Source: Rebecca billardiae RCC1528
Lineage: Eukaryota; Protista; Haptophyta
Assembly: GCA_965240325.2 (NCBI GenBank)
Contig: OZ251239.1
Coordinates: forward strand, 1,550,001-1,614,000
Direction of reading: 5' to 3'
DNA length: 64,000 nt
The position numbers were made by a program, and so were the translations under genes. Under the pieces are notes generated by a model. It did not search any database. It saw only the letters and a program-made list of their open reading frames with translations, and had not been told where the DNA came from. Numbering within the stretch: position 1 is the first letter of the stretch; each line of letters begins with the position of its first letter. Below are positions 23,648-33,592 of this stretch, piece after piece.

Positions 23648-25020
23648 CCCTCCAGCCGCCGCCGCCGCCGCCACGCCCTGCTGAGCGCGCCGCGCAGCCG
23701 GCGCCGGGCACGGGCGAGGCGGCCTTTGGCCCGCTTCAGCGCCTTCTTCTTCCCCGACGCGTCGAGCGCGGCGATCTCCGCGGCGCCCCGCTCGTCTGTC
23801 GTGCACGGCACGGCTGCCCGCTGCTGCTGGGGCGCGGCCGCCGGCGCGGCGGCGGGCGCGGCGGCGGGCGCTGCGGCCACGAGCGCGTCGGGCACGTCGA
23901 GGGCGCGGCGATTGCCGTGCAGCGAGAGCCACGCGCCGTCGTGCATGCGGTTTGGGTCCGCGTCGAGCCCGCCGAGCTGCGACATCGCCACGCCCGCCTG
24001 GCGCCACACGCACGCCGCGACGCGCACGTCACCGCCTCCGCACAGCAGCCGCTGCGAGCACTCTGCCCACGCGCGCGCGTCGATGGCGTCGAGCAGGCCG
24101 CGGGAGAGGACGTACCCGCCGCCGCCGTGCGGCCAGACGCTCGGCGCGTCGAACGCCGAGGCGCACGCCGCCGCCCGCTCTCGGCACAGCGTCCACCCGC
24201 CGGCGTACTGCGCCCACGCATCTGCAGACGCGTCGGCGGCCGCGCCCGCGAGGCCGGCGGCCGCGCCCGCGCGCGCGCGCGCGAGCTCGGCGCTGCCGTT
24301 CCGCCCGCCGACGGGCCTGTTGGGGCAGTGGCCCCGCGGCAGCGGCGCGGCGGGGCCCCGAGCCGCCGGGTCCACGAGGCACGGCGCGAGCAGGGGCTCC
24401 GCGCAGCAGCTGCGCGTGCCGCCCCGAGGCACAAGCCGCCGCCCTCGCAAGCGGACGCGCGCGGACGCGCGCCGCGCCGCGCCGCCCGGCGCGCGCGTGG
24501 GCACCGGGCTGGCGCCCTCGCACGCGAAGGCCGGGCCGAACGGGCGGCCGAGGAACCACGGCTGCGTGTGGTCCAGCCGGCCCAGCGCGCGCGCGAGCCG
24601 CGGCAGCGCGAACGCCGTGTCGTCGTCGCCGACCACCAGCCACTTGAACGCGCGCTCGCGCGGCGCGCGCGCGTCGAGCGCGCGCGCCGCGCCGCGCGTG
24701 GCGTTGGCGAGGGCGATGGCGAGCAGCGGCCGCAGCGCGGACTTGCCGTCGGGCGCGGCGTTCGCCCAGCCCACCGCCGGGAACATGCCGTGGTCCGGCA
24801 CGGCCACCTGCGCGCGCGACGCGTTGGGCGCGTCCGACGCCACCATGTAGCGATAGCCGCGCAGCCACGTGGCGGTGGCGCGCGCGATGAGGGCGTCGCG
24901 GTTGCCGCAGAGGACGACGAGCAGGTCCTTGCGCGCATCCGGACGCTGCGCCGCGACACGACCGCCCTCGAGCTGCGCGCACAGCAGCAGCACTAGAGCG
25001 AGCCCGACGGCCGGCGCCAT
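22183..25020 (-). CDS. Two-domain glycosyltransferase: Fringe-like GT31 plus O-fucosyltransferase (POFUT-like)
   Basis: Signal/TM at N-terminus. GT31: KWLVVGDDDTAF, GGGGYVLSRGLL, GDVRVAAC. (PA)n linker. O-FucT: GQASN..LAELLGRQLVVPP, YACVHWRTGD, EKLVCARAALFLGDARSSFS. Confidence 0.8.
23575..23646. repeat. (GGGCGC)n hexamer repeat encoding the Pro-Ala linker
   Basis: About 12 direct copies visible. Confidence 0.9.
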
Positions 25021-25242
25021 CGTGATCCGGGCGTTCATCTCGGCAATCAATTAACGTCGAACGAGATTTACGAGAATACTAGATCCGGCGGTTCGCGACG
25101 CTATATTGCGCTGATGTACGTACATATTGCAGTAGCAGTAAGTACTACTACGCGACTATGTACACTCCGCGACTACGACGACTATGCTGATACTGCTACA
25201 GCGAACGACTCAGCAGCGCATCCGGAAGCGACGCAGCCGTCA

Positions 25243-26853
25243 TCATCCAGCCGTCCGAGCTATGAGGAGGCGTGTGCCCTTGCCCCGCGCGCACACGGCG
25301 GCCATCTCCGGGTCCACCGGCCGCGGGGGCGCATCAGTGCCACCCGCGCCGTGCGCGCTGCGGCGCCGCGTGCGCAGCGCCCCGCCAGCGCCAGCAACGA
25401 CGTCGGAGTCAGCGCCTGAGGCCGAGGCGTCATCGACACCTGCGGCTGTGGCGCTGCCGCGCGCGCAGCCCGCCGCCGGATGCGGGGGCGCAAACCGCCG
25501 CCGCGCGCACCGCTCGGCCTCGACGCGCGCGCGCGCCGGCTCGCCTCGCCCGCCACGCCCCGGACTGCCCAGGCAGGCGGACAGGACTCGGTCGTCCCAG
25601 ACAGCCGAGCGCTGCTCGGCGGCGCCTGCCCGCAGCGCGCTGGCCGCGCCACCGCCGCCGCCGCCCGCCGCTGCGGCGACGGCGTCCGGAGGCGCGGCCG
25701 AGTGTTGTTGGCGCACGCGCCGCGCCGCGGGGTGGCCCTCCCAGCCGTGCGCCACGGCGTACGGCTGCGGCGCGTCGGCGGCGAGCGAGACGAGCCGCGC
25801 CGCCGAGCCCTCGCCGCCGTGCGCCGCCGGCCGCCCCGCCTCCGCGCGCGCCCACGGCGCCAGCCCCAGCGCGCCCAGAGGGCCAAACTCGGCGGTGGAG
25901 AGCAGGACTGGGTGGGGCGCGCTGCCAGCGGTGGCCCACGCGGCCGCGAGCGCGGCGAGGCTGGGCGCACAGCGGGCGGCCGTCGCGTTGGCCACGCGCT
26001 CGAGCAGGCCGAGCACCGCACCGGCCGCGCCGTACATCGCGCGGGCGCTCACCAGCGGCAGCTCCGCCAGCGCGGCGCAATCCGCCGCCGCCGCCGCCGC
26101 CGCCGCCGCCTCCCGAGTCTCGCCGCCGCCGCCGCCGCCGCCGCGCGCGGCGAGCGCGCGCAAGCACGCGGCGCACGCGGCCTGGAGCGCCGGGCAGTCG
26201 CCGAGGTAGGCCGAGGTGCTCTCTGCGGGCAGCAGCACGCCGCCAAAGCTCGGCGTGCCAAACGGGTCGCCCTGCACGAGCGAGCCGCCGTCGAGCGCGA
26301 GGACGGCGTCGGCGGGCGGGGGCAGGCCGGCCGTCCCGCGCGCGTGGCGGCGCAGGTAGCGGGCCCACAGGCTGACGGCGGGCGGCGCCGCGGCCATCGC
26401 CGCGTCGGGCGCGCCGAGCTCGTCGGCGCGCACGCAGCGGACGCGCACGGCGGCGGAGGGCGCCGTCGGCAGGCGGCGCTCCACGTCGGCGCACGCGTCC
26501 GGCGCGTCGCGCGCAGGCGCCGTACTCAGGAGCAGGGCGATGTCCGCCGACGCGCTGCCGGCGCTGAGCGCGCGCACGAGCGCCTGGGCGGCGTCGGCGG
26601 CGTCGGCGGCCGAGGTGGCGAGGAGGACCAGGCCCCGCCCGCGCTCGTCGGGCGCGCGGTCCGCGTACGGCTGCGGCGCCAGCTCGAAGCGGCCGCTGCG
26701 CAGCACGCACGGCTGGCCAGGAGACACGCGCTCGGCGCTCGCGGCGCTGTCCTCGGCATCCATCGCCGCGACGGCGTCGGCGAGGAGGCGCACGAGCGCC
26801 GCGCAGCAGAGCAGGGTGAGGACAAGCGGCGCCGTCCTCAACGACGCCGCCAT
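25243..26853 (-). CDS. Secreted or type-II membrane protein, divergent glycosyltransferase-like
   Basis: N-terminal hydrophobic segment; VLALDGGSLVQGDPF and AVAHGWEGHP resemble degenerate GT-A family motifs. Confidence 0.55.
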   Translation of the reverse strand: MAASLRTAPLVLTLLCCAALVRLLADAVAAMDAEDSAASAERVSPGQPCVLRSGRFELAPQPYADRAPDERGRGLVLLATSAADAADAAQALVRALSAGSASADIALLLSTAPARDAPDACADVERRLPTAPSAAVRVRCVRADELGAPDAAMAAAPPAVSLWARYLRRHARGTAGLPPPADAVLALDGGSLVQGDPFGTPSFGGVLLPAESTSAYLGDCPALQAACAACLRALAARGGGGGGGETREAAAAAAAAADCAALAELPLVSARAMYGAAGAVLGLLERVANATAARCAPSLAALAAAWATAGSAPHPVLLSTAEFGPLGALGLAPWARAEAGRPAAHGGEGSAARLVSLAADAPQPYAVAHGWEGHPAARRVRQQHSAAPPDAVAAAAGGGGGGAASALRAGAAEQRSAVWDDRVLSACLGSPGRGGRGEPARARVEAERCARRRFAPPHPAAGCARGSATAAGVDDASASGADSDVVAGAGGALRTRRRSAHGAGGTDAPPRPVDPEMAAVCARGKGTRLLIARTAG

Positions 26854-26946
26854 CGTGAAGGCCGTGGCGCCGGGCGCCGAATGGCCAGGCGCCGTTCGCC
26901 CAACGGTTTGCGCAGGCACGGCCCGGGGCCCGGGCTCGTTCGAGCG

Positions 26947-28488
26947 ATGGCGGCTGACGACGAGCTGCGCGCGCCGCTCAGGGCGCACGCCGAGGTCGCG
27001 CCGCGCGCGGCGAGCGCGGAGGAGGCGCGGCTGCACCGCCGCGTGACGGCGTTCGCGTGCGCCGTCATCTTCTTCGACGCCGTCGAGGTCGGGCTCATCC
27101 TGCCCTCGCTGTTTGCGTACATCCAGGAGGCGGCGGGCGGAAGGCTCTCGGCCGCGCACGCGTCGCGCACGTTCGGCGTGGCGCTCTCGGTGTTCTCGGC
27201 GTCGAGCCTGGTGACGCAGCCGCTGCTCGGGTACATCGCCGACCGCACCTCGTACCGCCTCATGTACGCCGCCTCCATCGCGCTCGCCGTGCTGGGCAAC
27301 GGCGTGTACGCGTGCGCCGGCCAGTGCGGCGCGCTGTGGATGATAGTCGCCGGCCGTGCGGTCGCCGGCGTCGGCTGCGCGAACACGTCGATCACGTACG
27401 CGTACGTGGCAGCGGTGCTGCCGCGCGAGGTGTGCACGCGCACGATGGCCGTCGTCCAGGCCTTCTTCTCCGTCGGCCTCATCCTCGGGCCCGCACTCAA
27501 CGTGCTCACCGCCGCGGCGCGCGGCTCTGTGCTCGGGCTGCGGCTCGCGCCCACCAACGCGCCCGGGCTGCTCGTGGCGGCGCTGCTCGTGGTGCTGCTC
27601 GGGTGGGTGCTGCTCGCGTTCCCGGAGCCGCCGCCGCCGCCGCGCGCCGCCGCCGCCGCCGCGCGCCCCGCCCGCCTCGGCGACGTGTGGCGGCGCGAGT
27701 GGTGGCGCGGGCTGCGCGCGGAGCTGTCCGGCTCGCTCGCGGGCGTGAGCCTCGCGACCGGCTTTGCGTTCATGGGGACGGTCAGCCTGATGAACAACCT
27801 GTGCGTCGCGGCGGCGAGCCTCGCGTTCGCGCTGCGCCCGCTGCACGTCTCGCTCCTCTTCGTCGGCAGCGCGCTCGAGGTGCTCACCCTCTCGCACGCG
27901 GCGGTCGTGCCGCTCGTGCGGCGCGGCGCGTCCGACCGCGCGCTCGTGCTCGGCGGCGGCGCGTGCGCGACGCTCTCGCTCGGGTACGCGGCGCTCACGT
28001 GGCGGTACGGCATGCGGCTCGTGCACCTGGCGGTCGGGCTGGCGCTCTCGTGCGCGGCGATCCCGTTCGTCTTCGCGCCCAACCGCGCGCGCTTTGCCAA
28101 GGCGGTCGAGGGCTCGCCCAACCACGCGCTGCTGCAAGGCGTGCAGGGCGTGGCGAGCGACCTCGGCGCCATCGCCGCCCCGCTCTACCTCGCCGCCTTC
28201 CTCGGCGCGCCGCCCGCGCCCGGGAGGGGCATCGCGACCGGCGCGACCGGCGGCATGGCGGTGCTGTACGCCGTGCTCGTCGCGTGGGACGCGCGCGCTA
28301 CGAGCGGCGCGCCCGCCGCCGCCGCCGCGCGCGCGCGCTGGAGCCGCGCCGCCGAGCAGGATGGCGCCGATGCGTCGGAGGCGCGCGGAGCGGCCGCCCT
28401 CACGCGACCGCCGCCGCCGACGGTGCCGATGCAGCCGACGGGCAGCCTGGGCAGGGGCGGGCGCACGCCGCCAAGTGCGACGGCCTGA
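26947..28488 (+). CDS. Major facilitator superfamily transporter (MFSD8-like)
   Basis: About 12 hydrophobic segments; motif A PLLGYIADRTSYR; GRAVAGVG; GLILGPAL. Confidence 0.9.
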   Translation: MAADDELRAPLRAHAEVAPRAASAEEARLHRRVTAFACAVIFFDAVEVGLILPSLFAYIQEAAGGRLSAAHASRTFGVALSVFSASSLVTQPLLGYIADRTSYRLMYAASIALAVLGNGVYACAGQCGALWMIVAGRAVAGVGCANTSITYAYVAAVLPREVCTRTMAVVQAFFSVGLILGPALNVLTAAARGSVLGLRLAPTNAPGLLVAALLVVLLGWVLLAFPEPPPPPRAAAAAARPARLGDVWRREWWRGLRAELSGSLAGVSLATGFAFMGTVSLMNNLCVAAASLAFALRPLHVSLLFVGSALEVLTLSHAAVVPLVRRGASDRALVLGGGACATLSLGYAALTWRYGMRLVHLAVGLALSCAAIPFVFAPNRARFAKAVEGSPNHALLQGVQGVASDLGAIAAPLYLAAFLGAPPAPGRGIATGATGGMAVLYAVLVAWDARATSGAPAAAAARARWSRAAEQDGADASEARGAAALTRPPPPTVPMQPTGSLGRGGRTPPSATA

Positions 28489-28846
28489 CGAGGACTGATG
28501 GCCGCGCTGCTACTGGCGCGCGCGGCCGTCCGACTAACTACTGCCGACGACCGCCTGATGGTCGTCGGACTGCTGCGCGTATCGTCAATTTATATTATTC
28601 CGTCATCAAATCAATATAATGTCGTTATATTATGAATATATAATATATATAGCTATATATAGCTAGCTATATAGCTATATATATATACACAGCAACGACT
28701 TCTTTTTTAAAGCGGCCGTTAGCGTGTCCATCGGCCGGATTATTTTACGGAAAATTACTATGCGCTGCGCGCGCGCGCCCAGCGGGCGGCGCGCGCGCGC
28801 GACTAGTCCCCCCTGCATGCCCTAACCGTCAGCTGCCTGATTCCCG

Positions 28847-31800
28847 CTACCCAGCCCCGCTGCCGTCGCGCGCGACATCCGCGCCGTCGCTCACCGTCGC
28901 CGAGGCCGAGCGCGCCGCCGCCCTCAATTTGCTCTTGAGTGCCGACAAGTCCTCCTCCGGAAGCCCAGCCTCCTCGCGCACGAGCTTGCGCGCCGCGATG
29001 TACTCGTCGACCAGGTCGTGCGCGCCGGCCTTCGCCTTGCGCTGCCATTCGCGCTGCCGCTTGCCCTCCTTCTTCAGCCAGAGCCGCCGCACCTTGTCGC
29101 CGAACTCCTCCTCCGCCCACGTCGCAAGCGACACGCGGCGCAGGAGCTGCGCGGCCGTCGAGATGTGCGGCTGCACCGTCGACTTCTTCCCCTCGGCATA
29201 CTCGCGGACGAACGAGTCGAGCGACTTGCGCGCGTTCACGAGCGGCATCGCCCGCTTGGTCACCTGCACGAAGTGCTCCTGCACCTGCTCGTCCGCGAGC
29301 TGCACGAGGTGGCCCCACCGCCTGATCAGCAGAGGCAAGACGAACCGCGCGATCGTCTTGTACTGCGAGGTGACCGGCTTGAGGACGAACAGGTCGAGCG
29401 CCTCGACCCACGCCGTCGCGGCTGCCTCAACCTCGTCCGCACGCTTCGCGCGGCCATCGTCATCGTCCGTGTAGCCGCGCGAGGAGACGAGGTCGTGCAG
29501 CTGCCACGTGAGCATGAGCAGGCGGCAGAAGAGTGCCATGCGCGGCATGTCCGCGATCTCGGCCTTCAACTGCGCCTCGTCGTCAAAGCCGATCTCGTCC
29601 ATCATCTCGCGCTCCTCCTCGTCCTGCATGTCCGAGATGCGCGCGTCCTCGTCGCCGCTGTCCGCCGCGCCCGCGCTGCTCGCGCCGTCGAGATCCGCGT
29701 CGATCTTCCACACGACCTGCACCAACGCCCAGAAGACCGCGTGCGTGCGCAGCAGCGAGATGCCGTCGCCGCGGAGGTCGGGCACGCCGATCTCGTTGGT
29801 GCGCGTGCGCCGCTTGGGCACTCGCACAGGCACGCCCGCGTTCTTGAACAGGACGATCAGGTCGTACTTGGTGAGCGGCGCGTCGCGGCCGTACAGCTCG
29901 TCCACCTCCCTCCACAGCGCCGACAGCACCGGCTTGAAAGTGTCGTGCTTGAAGTGCATGATGCCGGGGAAGTAGTTGACGTGCTCGAGCTCCAGCTGCG
30001 GTAGCAGCCACTGGTTCTCGTGCAGCTTCTGGTCGACGATGCGCTCGGCGTCCTTCGAGTCGTCGGCGAGAAGGCGGCGGCGCTTGGTCATCTCGGCGTC
30101 GCACTCGCCCTGGTCGGCAGGCGTGACCTTGCACGCAGGGCACGTCACGCCCGGGTCCGCGTGGCACAGCGCGCGCGCGCGCTTGTACGTGCGCAGCCGC
30201 CACTGAGGCGAGCCGCCGTCCGCGCCCGCCTCCTTGACCGCCCACACGTTGAAGCGGAGCGGCGAGACGTTGTGCGAGCCCTGGCCGGCGAGGCTGGCAA
30301 GGTTGACATAATCGCCGGTGTACGTGATGATGGCCTTCTGCTCCTCCGCGTAGTCGGCCGCCTCGCCGCCGCCGCCAAAACCGCCGCCGGCCGCGCCGCC
30401 CGCCGCGCCGGCAGCGCCGGCCGCGCCGGCCGCGCCGGCCGCGCCGGCCGCGCCGCCGGCCGCGGCGGCCGCGGCGGCCGCGGCGGCCGCGGCGGCCGCG
30501 CCGCCGGCCGTGCCCGCGCTCGGGTTGCCAGCCGCGCTGCTCGCCGCGCCGCCGGCCGCGCCACCGGCCGCGCGGACGCCAGCGCCGGCGGTGCCGCCAG
30601 CCACGCCGCTGCCGCTGCCGCTGCCGCCCGCGCCGCCCGCGCCGCCCGCGCCGCCGCCAGCGCCCGCGCCCGCGTTACCAGCCGCGCCGCCGGCCGCGCC
30701 GCCGGCCGCGCGGACGCCAGCGCCGGCGGTGCCGCCAGCCACGCCGCTGCCGCTGCCGCCCGCGCCGCCCGCGCCGCCCGTGCCGCCGGCCGTGCCGCCG
30801 GCCGTGCCGCCGGCCGCGCCGCCGGCCGCGCCGCGGGCCTCGCCGCGGCCCGCGCCGCCGGCCGCGCCGGCTGTGACGGCCGCGGCCGCGCCGCCGGCCG
30901 CGCCGGCCACACGTGCGGTGGCGGCAGCAGGCGGCGTCGGTCGCGGCGGAAGCAGGCCGCTCCGGATCACGTCATTGATCGCGTCGGCGTGCGCACTCCA
31001 TAACTCGGACATGTCCGAGTCCGGCCGCTCCGAGATGGCGATCGCCTCTGACGACGCGAGCGCGCCGTAGTTGACGCCCCAGCCGTTGCGCACGATGGCG
31101 ATCGTGGCCGTGCGCGAGTGAGCCGTGTTGCCCGCGTCCGCCGAGAGGAGGAGGACGTGCGGATGCCCGCGCGGGCGCGCGGACTTGCCGTTGCGCTCCG
31201 AGCGATCCAGCACGGCGTGCACGGCCTGCGCCCACGGCCGCGCCGCCGACTCGCTGCCGATCATGAGCACGCCCGCGCCCGCGTGCTCGCGATCGCGCTG
31301 CGCGACCTCTCGAGAGCCAGCCGCCGGCGGCGGGATCGGGTGGCGGATCGGCTCGCGGCCGAAGCCGCCGCGGAAGACGGTGCGAGCCGAGTGCTCGCCC
31401 GTCACCGGGTGGATCTCCTTCCCCACCCACTCGCGCCACGTGTCGAACTGCGCGTCCGTGACGTTCTTCGAGACGAGGTAGCCGGCGACGTCGTGGTGCG
31501 TCTGATGAGATTGAATCTCGCGCACAACGCCCACTGCGCCGCGGCGCTGCTGGAGGTAGGCGTGCCTCGCCCACGGCTTGCGCGAGCCGTCGTCTGCGCC
31601 CTCGAGCATCTCGTGCAGCACGAGGTCCATCACGTCGTCGGGCGTGCCACGCAGGATGTGCTCGATATGGTCCGCCTCCCCCCGCCTGCGCTTGCGGCAC
31701 GCGTTGCTCGAGACCGAGAGAGATGGGCGCTGAGCGCGCTGCCGATGAGCGCCGTCCAGCCCGTTCAGCTCGGCGAGGTGCTCGAACTTGCCGGCGGCTC

Positions 31801-33592
31801 GGTCGGCGCGCTTGCGCGCGGCGTCCTTGTCGCGCTTGAGCTCGACAAGCTGCGACTGCTGCTCGTCGCAGAGCGACTGGGCGTGCGCGCACTGCTGCTC
31901 GAGCAGCTGCTGCGCGTGCAGCGCAGCCGCGAGCTCGTGCTCGACGCCGCTCAGCGCGTCAGCGGCGATGTGCTCGGTCGCGGTGAGGCGGCGCTCCAAC
32001 TCGAGGGCCCGATCGCGCTGCGCGTCGGCGGCGCGCTGCGCAGCTGCGGCCCGCGCGTTCGCCTCTTCGAGATCGCGCCGAAGCTTCGCCTGCGCCTGCT
32101 CCGCCTCGGCGTCGTGGCGGGTGCGCGCATCCGCGCTGTGCCCGGCGCGGTACCCGGCGAGCACAGCGCGCCTCTCCGCGGCAGCAGCGGCGGCGCGCGC
32201 GGCGGCGATCCGGTCGAGGGCCTCGCGCTCGATGTTCTCGCACTCGAGCTTGACGGCGGCGATCACCACGTCGAGAACCGGCTCGAGATCGACGGCGGCC
32301 GAGTTGACGATGTCCTCGCGCTGCCGCACCGCGTCGTCGCGCTCGCGCTCGAGCTCGCCGTTGAAGTGCTCGAGCTCGGTCACACGTGTGCGCAGCGAGG
32401 TGAGCTCGAGCTCGGAAGGGACGCTGCGCGTGCTGTGCGAGCGCCGCAACTGCTGCTCGAGCTCGGCCACGTGCTGCAGCTCGGCCATGCGCCTTCGACC
32501 CCGTGCTGTCTGCTCGTCCGCCTCTGCCTCGGGCGTCGGCGCCACGCTGCCAGCCGAGCGCGTGAGAGGCCGCTGGCGGGTGGGCGCGGCCGAGAGCAGC
32601 ACGGCAGGCGGCGGCGACATGAAGGCGGGCGAGGCGACGGCAGGTGACCTCGGCGGCAGCAGCTCTTCCGCCGACCCACCGACGAACGGCTGCGCCGCCG
32701 CGCCAGCGAGGAGGAGTGGCGGCGCGGGCTGGCGGGAGGCGCTGCGCGTGACCGCGGGCGACGGCGCAGCGGCAGCAGGAAAGCTCAAGGCGGAGGAGGC
32801 GTTGGTAGTGGCGGGCGAGAAGACGAGGTGGTCGGCGTGAGCGGGAAGAGACGAGAAGCGGGCAGCGACGACGGCGGGAGACAAATCGGCGGCGGCGGCG
32901 GCGGCTGATGCCGCCGCCTCGCCGCCATCAGCTCGAAGGAGAGCGAGCGCGCGCGCGGTCGGTGGACGGGCGGCATCATGCGGCGAGGACAGCGGCTGCG
33001 GCTGCGGCCGCGGCCGCGGCCGCGGCCGCGGCTGCGGCGGCTGCACGAGCGGCGGAGGCAGGTGCGGAGGCGCCGACGGCAGCTGCGGCGGTGGCGGAAG
33101 CGACGGCAGCGGCGGCGGCCCCAACGGAGGCAGCGGCTGGGTGTCCGCGACCGCGTAGGGCATCACGGCGGCGGACGATGGATCGGATGGCGCGTCGGCG
33201 CAGAGGCCGGGCGTGAGACCGAGGACTGGAACATGCGAGAGAGGCTGAGAATGAGAATGCAGATGGGCATGCGTGGGATCGAGGGCAGAGAGATCGAGGG
33301 GGGGATGCGGCGCGACCGCGCCGTCACCAGCTGGCGCGCGACGCCATCGGGCGCTGCTCGCTGCTCGGCGAGTGGCGGTCAGCTGCTCGCGCTGCGCGCG
33401 GCGCGCTTTCCAGTCCGCGCGCTTGCGCCGTGAGACGTCGGACTCGGGCGGCGCCGCCGGTGCCGCCGCGGCGGGCGCCGCGGCAGGCGCTGCCGGCGGC
33501 GCGCCCGTGAGCTCCGACGGGCCCTTCGTCACAGACGGCGTGCGCCGCCAGCCCCGCCTCCGCCGCGGCGCATCGAGACGCCCTGCGCGCAC
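28847..33592 (-). CDS. Putative RAG1/Transib-like DDE transposase (first in-frame ATG at 33163)
   Basis: Ordered motifs LSADAG, ERPDSDMSEL, YTGDY..L...G, CPAC, FPGIMH, TSQYKTIARFVLPLLIRRWGHLVQLADEQVQE; N-terminal Pro-rich and coiled-coil region. Confidence 0.72.
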   Translation of the reverse strand: MRAGRLDAPRRRRGWRRTPSVTKGPSELTGAPPAAPAAAPAAAAPAAPPESDVSRRKRADWKARRAQREQLTATRRAASSARWRRAPAGDGAVAPHPPLDLSALDPTHAHLHSHSQPLSHVPVLGLTPGLCADAPSDPSSAAVMPYAVADTQPLPPLGPPPLPSLPPPPQLPSAPPHLPPPLVQPPQPRPRPRPRPQPQPLSSPHDAARPPTARALALLRADGGEAAASAAAAAADLSPAVVAARFSSLPAHADHLVFSPATTNASSALSFPAAAAPSPAVTRSASRQPAPPLLLAGAAAQPFVGGSAEELLPPRSPAVASPAFMSPPPAVLLSAAPTRQRPLTRSAGSVAPTPEAEADEQTARGRRRMAELQHVAELEQQLRRSHSTRSVPSELELTSLRTRVTELEHFNGELERERDDAVRQREDIVNSAAVDLEPVLDVVIAAVKLECENIEREALDRIAAARAAAAAAERRAVLAGYRAGHSADARTRHDAEAEQAQAKLRRDLEEANARAAAAQRAADAQRDRALELERRLTATEHIAADALSGVEHELAAALHAQQLLEQQCAHAQSLCDEQQSQLVELKRDKDAARKRADRAAGKFEHLAELNGLDGAHRQRAQRPSLSVSSNACRKRRRGEADHIEHILRGTPDDVMDLVLHEMLEGADDGSRKPWARHAYLQQRRGAVGVVREIQSHQTHHDVAGYLVSKNVTDAQFDTWREWVGKEIHPVTGEHSARTVFRGGFGREPIRHPIPPPAAGSREVAQRDREHAGAGVLMIGSESAARPWAQAVHAVLDRSERNGKSARPRGHPHVLLLSADAGNTAHSRTATIAIVRNGWGVNYGALASSEAIAISERPDSDMSELWSAHADAINDVIRSGLLPPRPTPPAAATARVAGAAGGAAAAVTAGAAGGAGRGEARGAAGGAAGGTAGGTAGGTGGAGGAGGSGSGVAGGTAGAGVRAAGGAAGGAAGNAGAGAGGGAGGAGGAGGSGSGSGVAGGTAGAGVRAAGGAAGGAASSAAGNPSAGTAGGAAAAAAAAAAAAAAGGAAGAAGAAGAAGAAGAAGGAAGGGFGGGGEAADYAEEQKAIITYTGDYVNLASLAGQGSHNVSPLRFNVWAVKEAGADGGSPQWRLRTYKRARALCHADPGVTCPACKVTPADQGECDAEMTKRRRLLADDSKDAERIVDQKLHENQWLLPQLELEHVNYFPGIMHFKHDTFKPVLSALWREVDELYGRDAPLTKYDLIVLFKNAGVPVRVPKRRTRTNEIGVPDLRGDGISLLRTHAVFWALVQVVWKIDADLDGASSAGAADSGDEDARISDMQDEEEREMMDEIGFDDEAQLKAEIADMPRMALFCRLLMLTWQLHDLVSSRGYTDDDDGRAKRADEVEAAATAWVEALDLFVLKPVTSQYKTIARFVLPLLIRRWGHLVQLADEQVQEHFVQVTKRAMPLVNARKSLDSFVREYAEGKKSTVQPHISTAAQLLRRVSLATWAEEEFGDKVRRLWLKKEGKRQREWQRKAKAGAHDLVDEYIAARKLVREEAGLPEEDLSALKSKLRAAARSASATVSDGADVARDGSGAG

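Noticed and set aside
28765-28808. Helitron 3' end (hairpin plus CTAGT)
   Set aside because: Lies inside a TIR element; CTAG is not conserved at that position in the second copy; no Rep/helicase.
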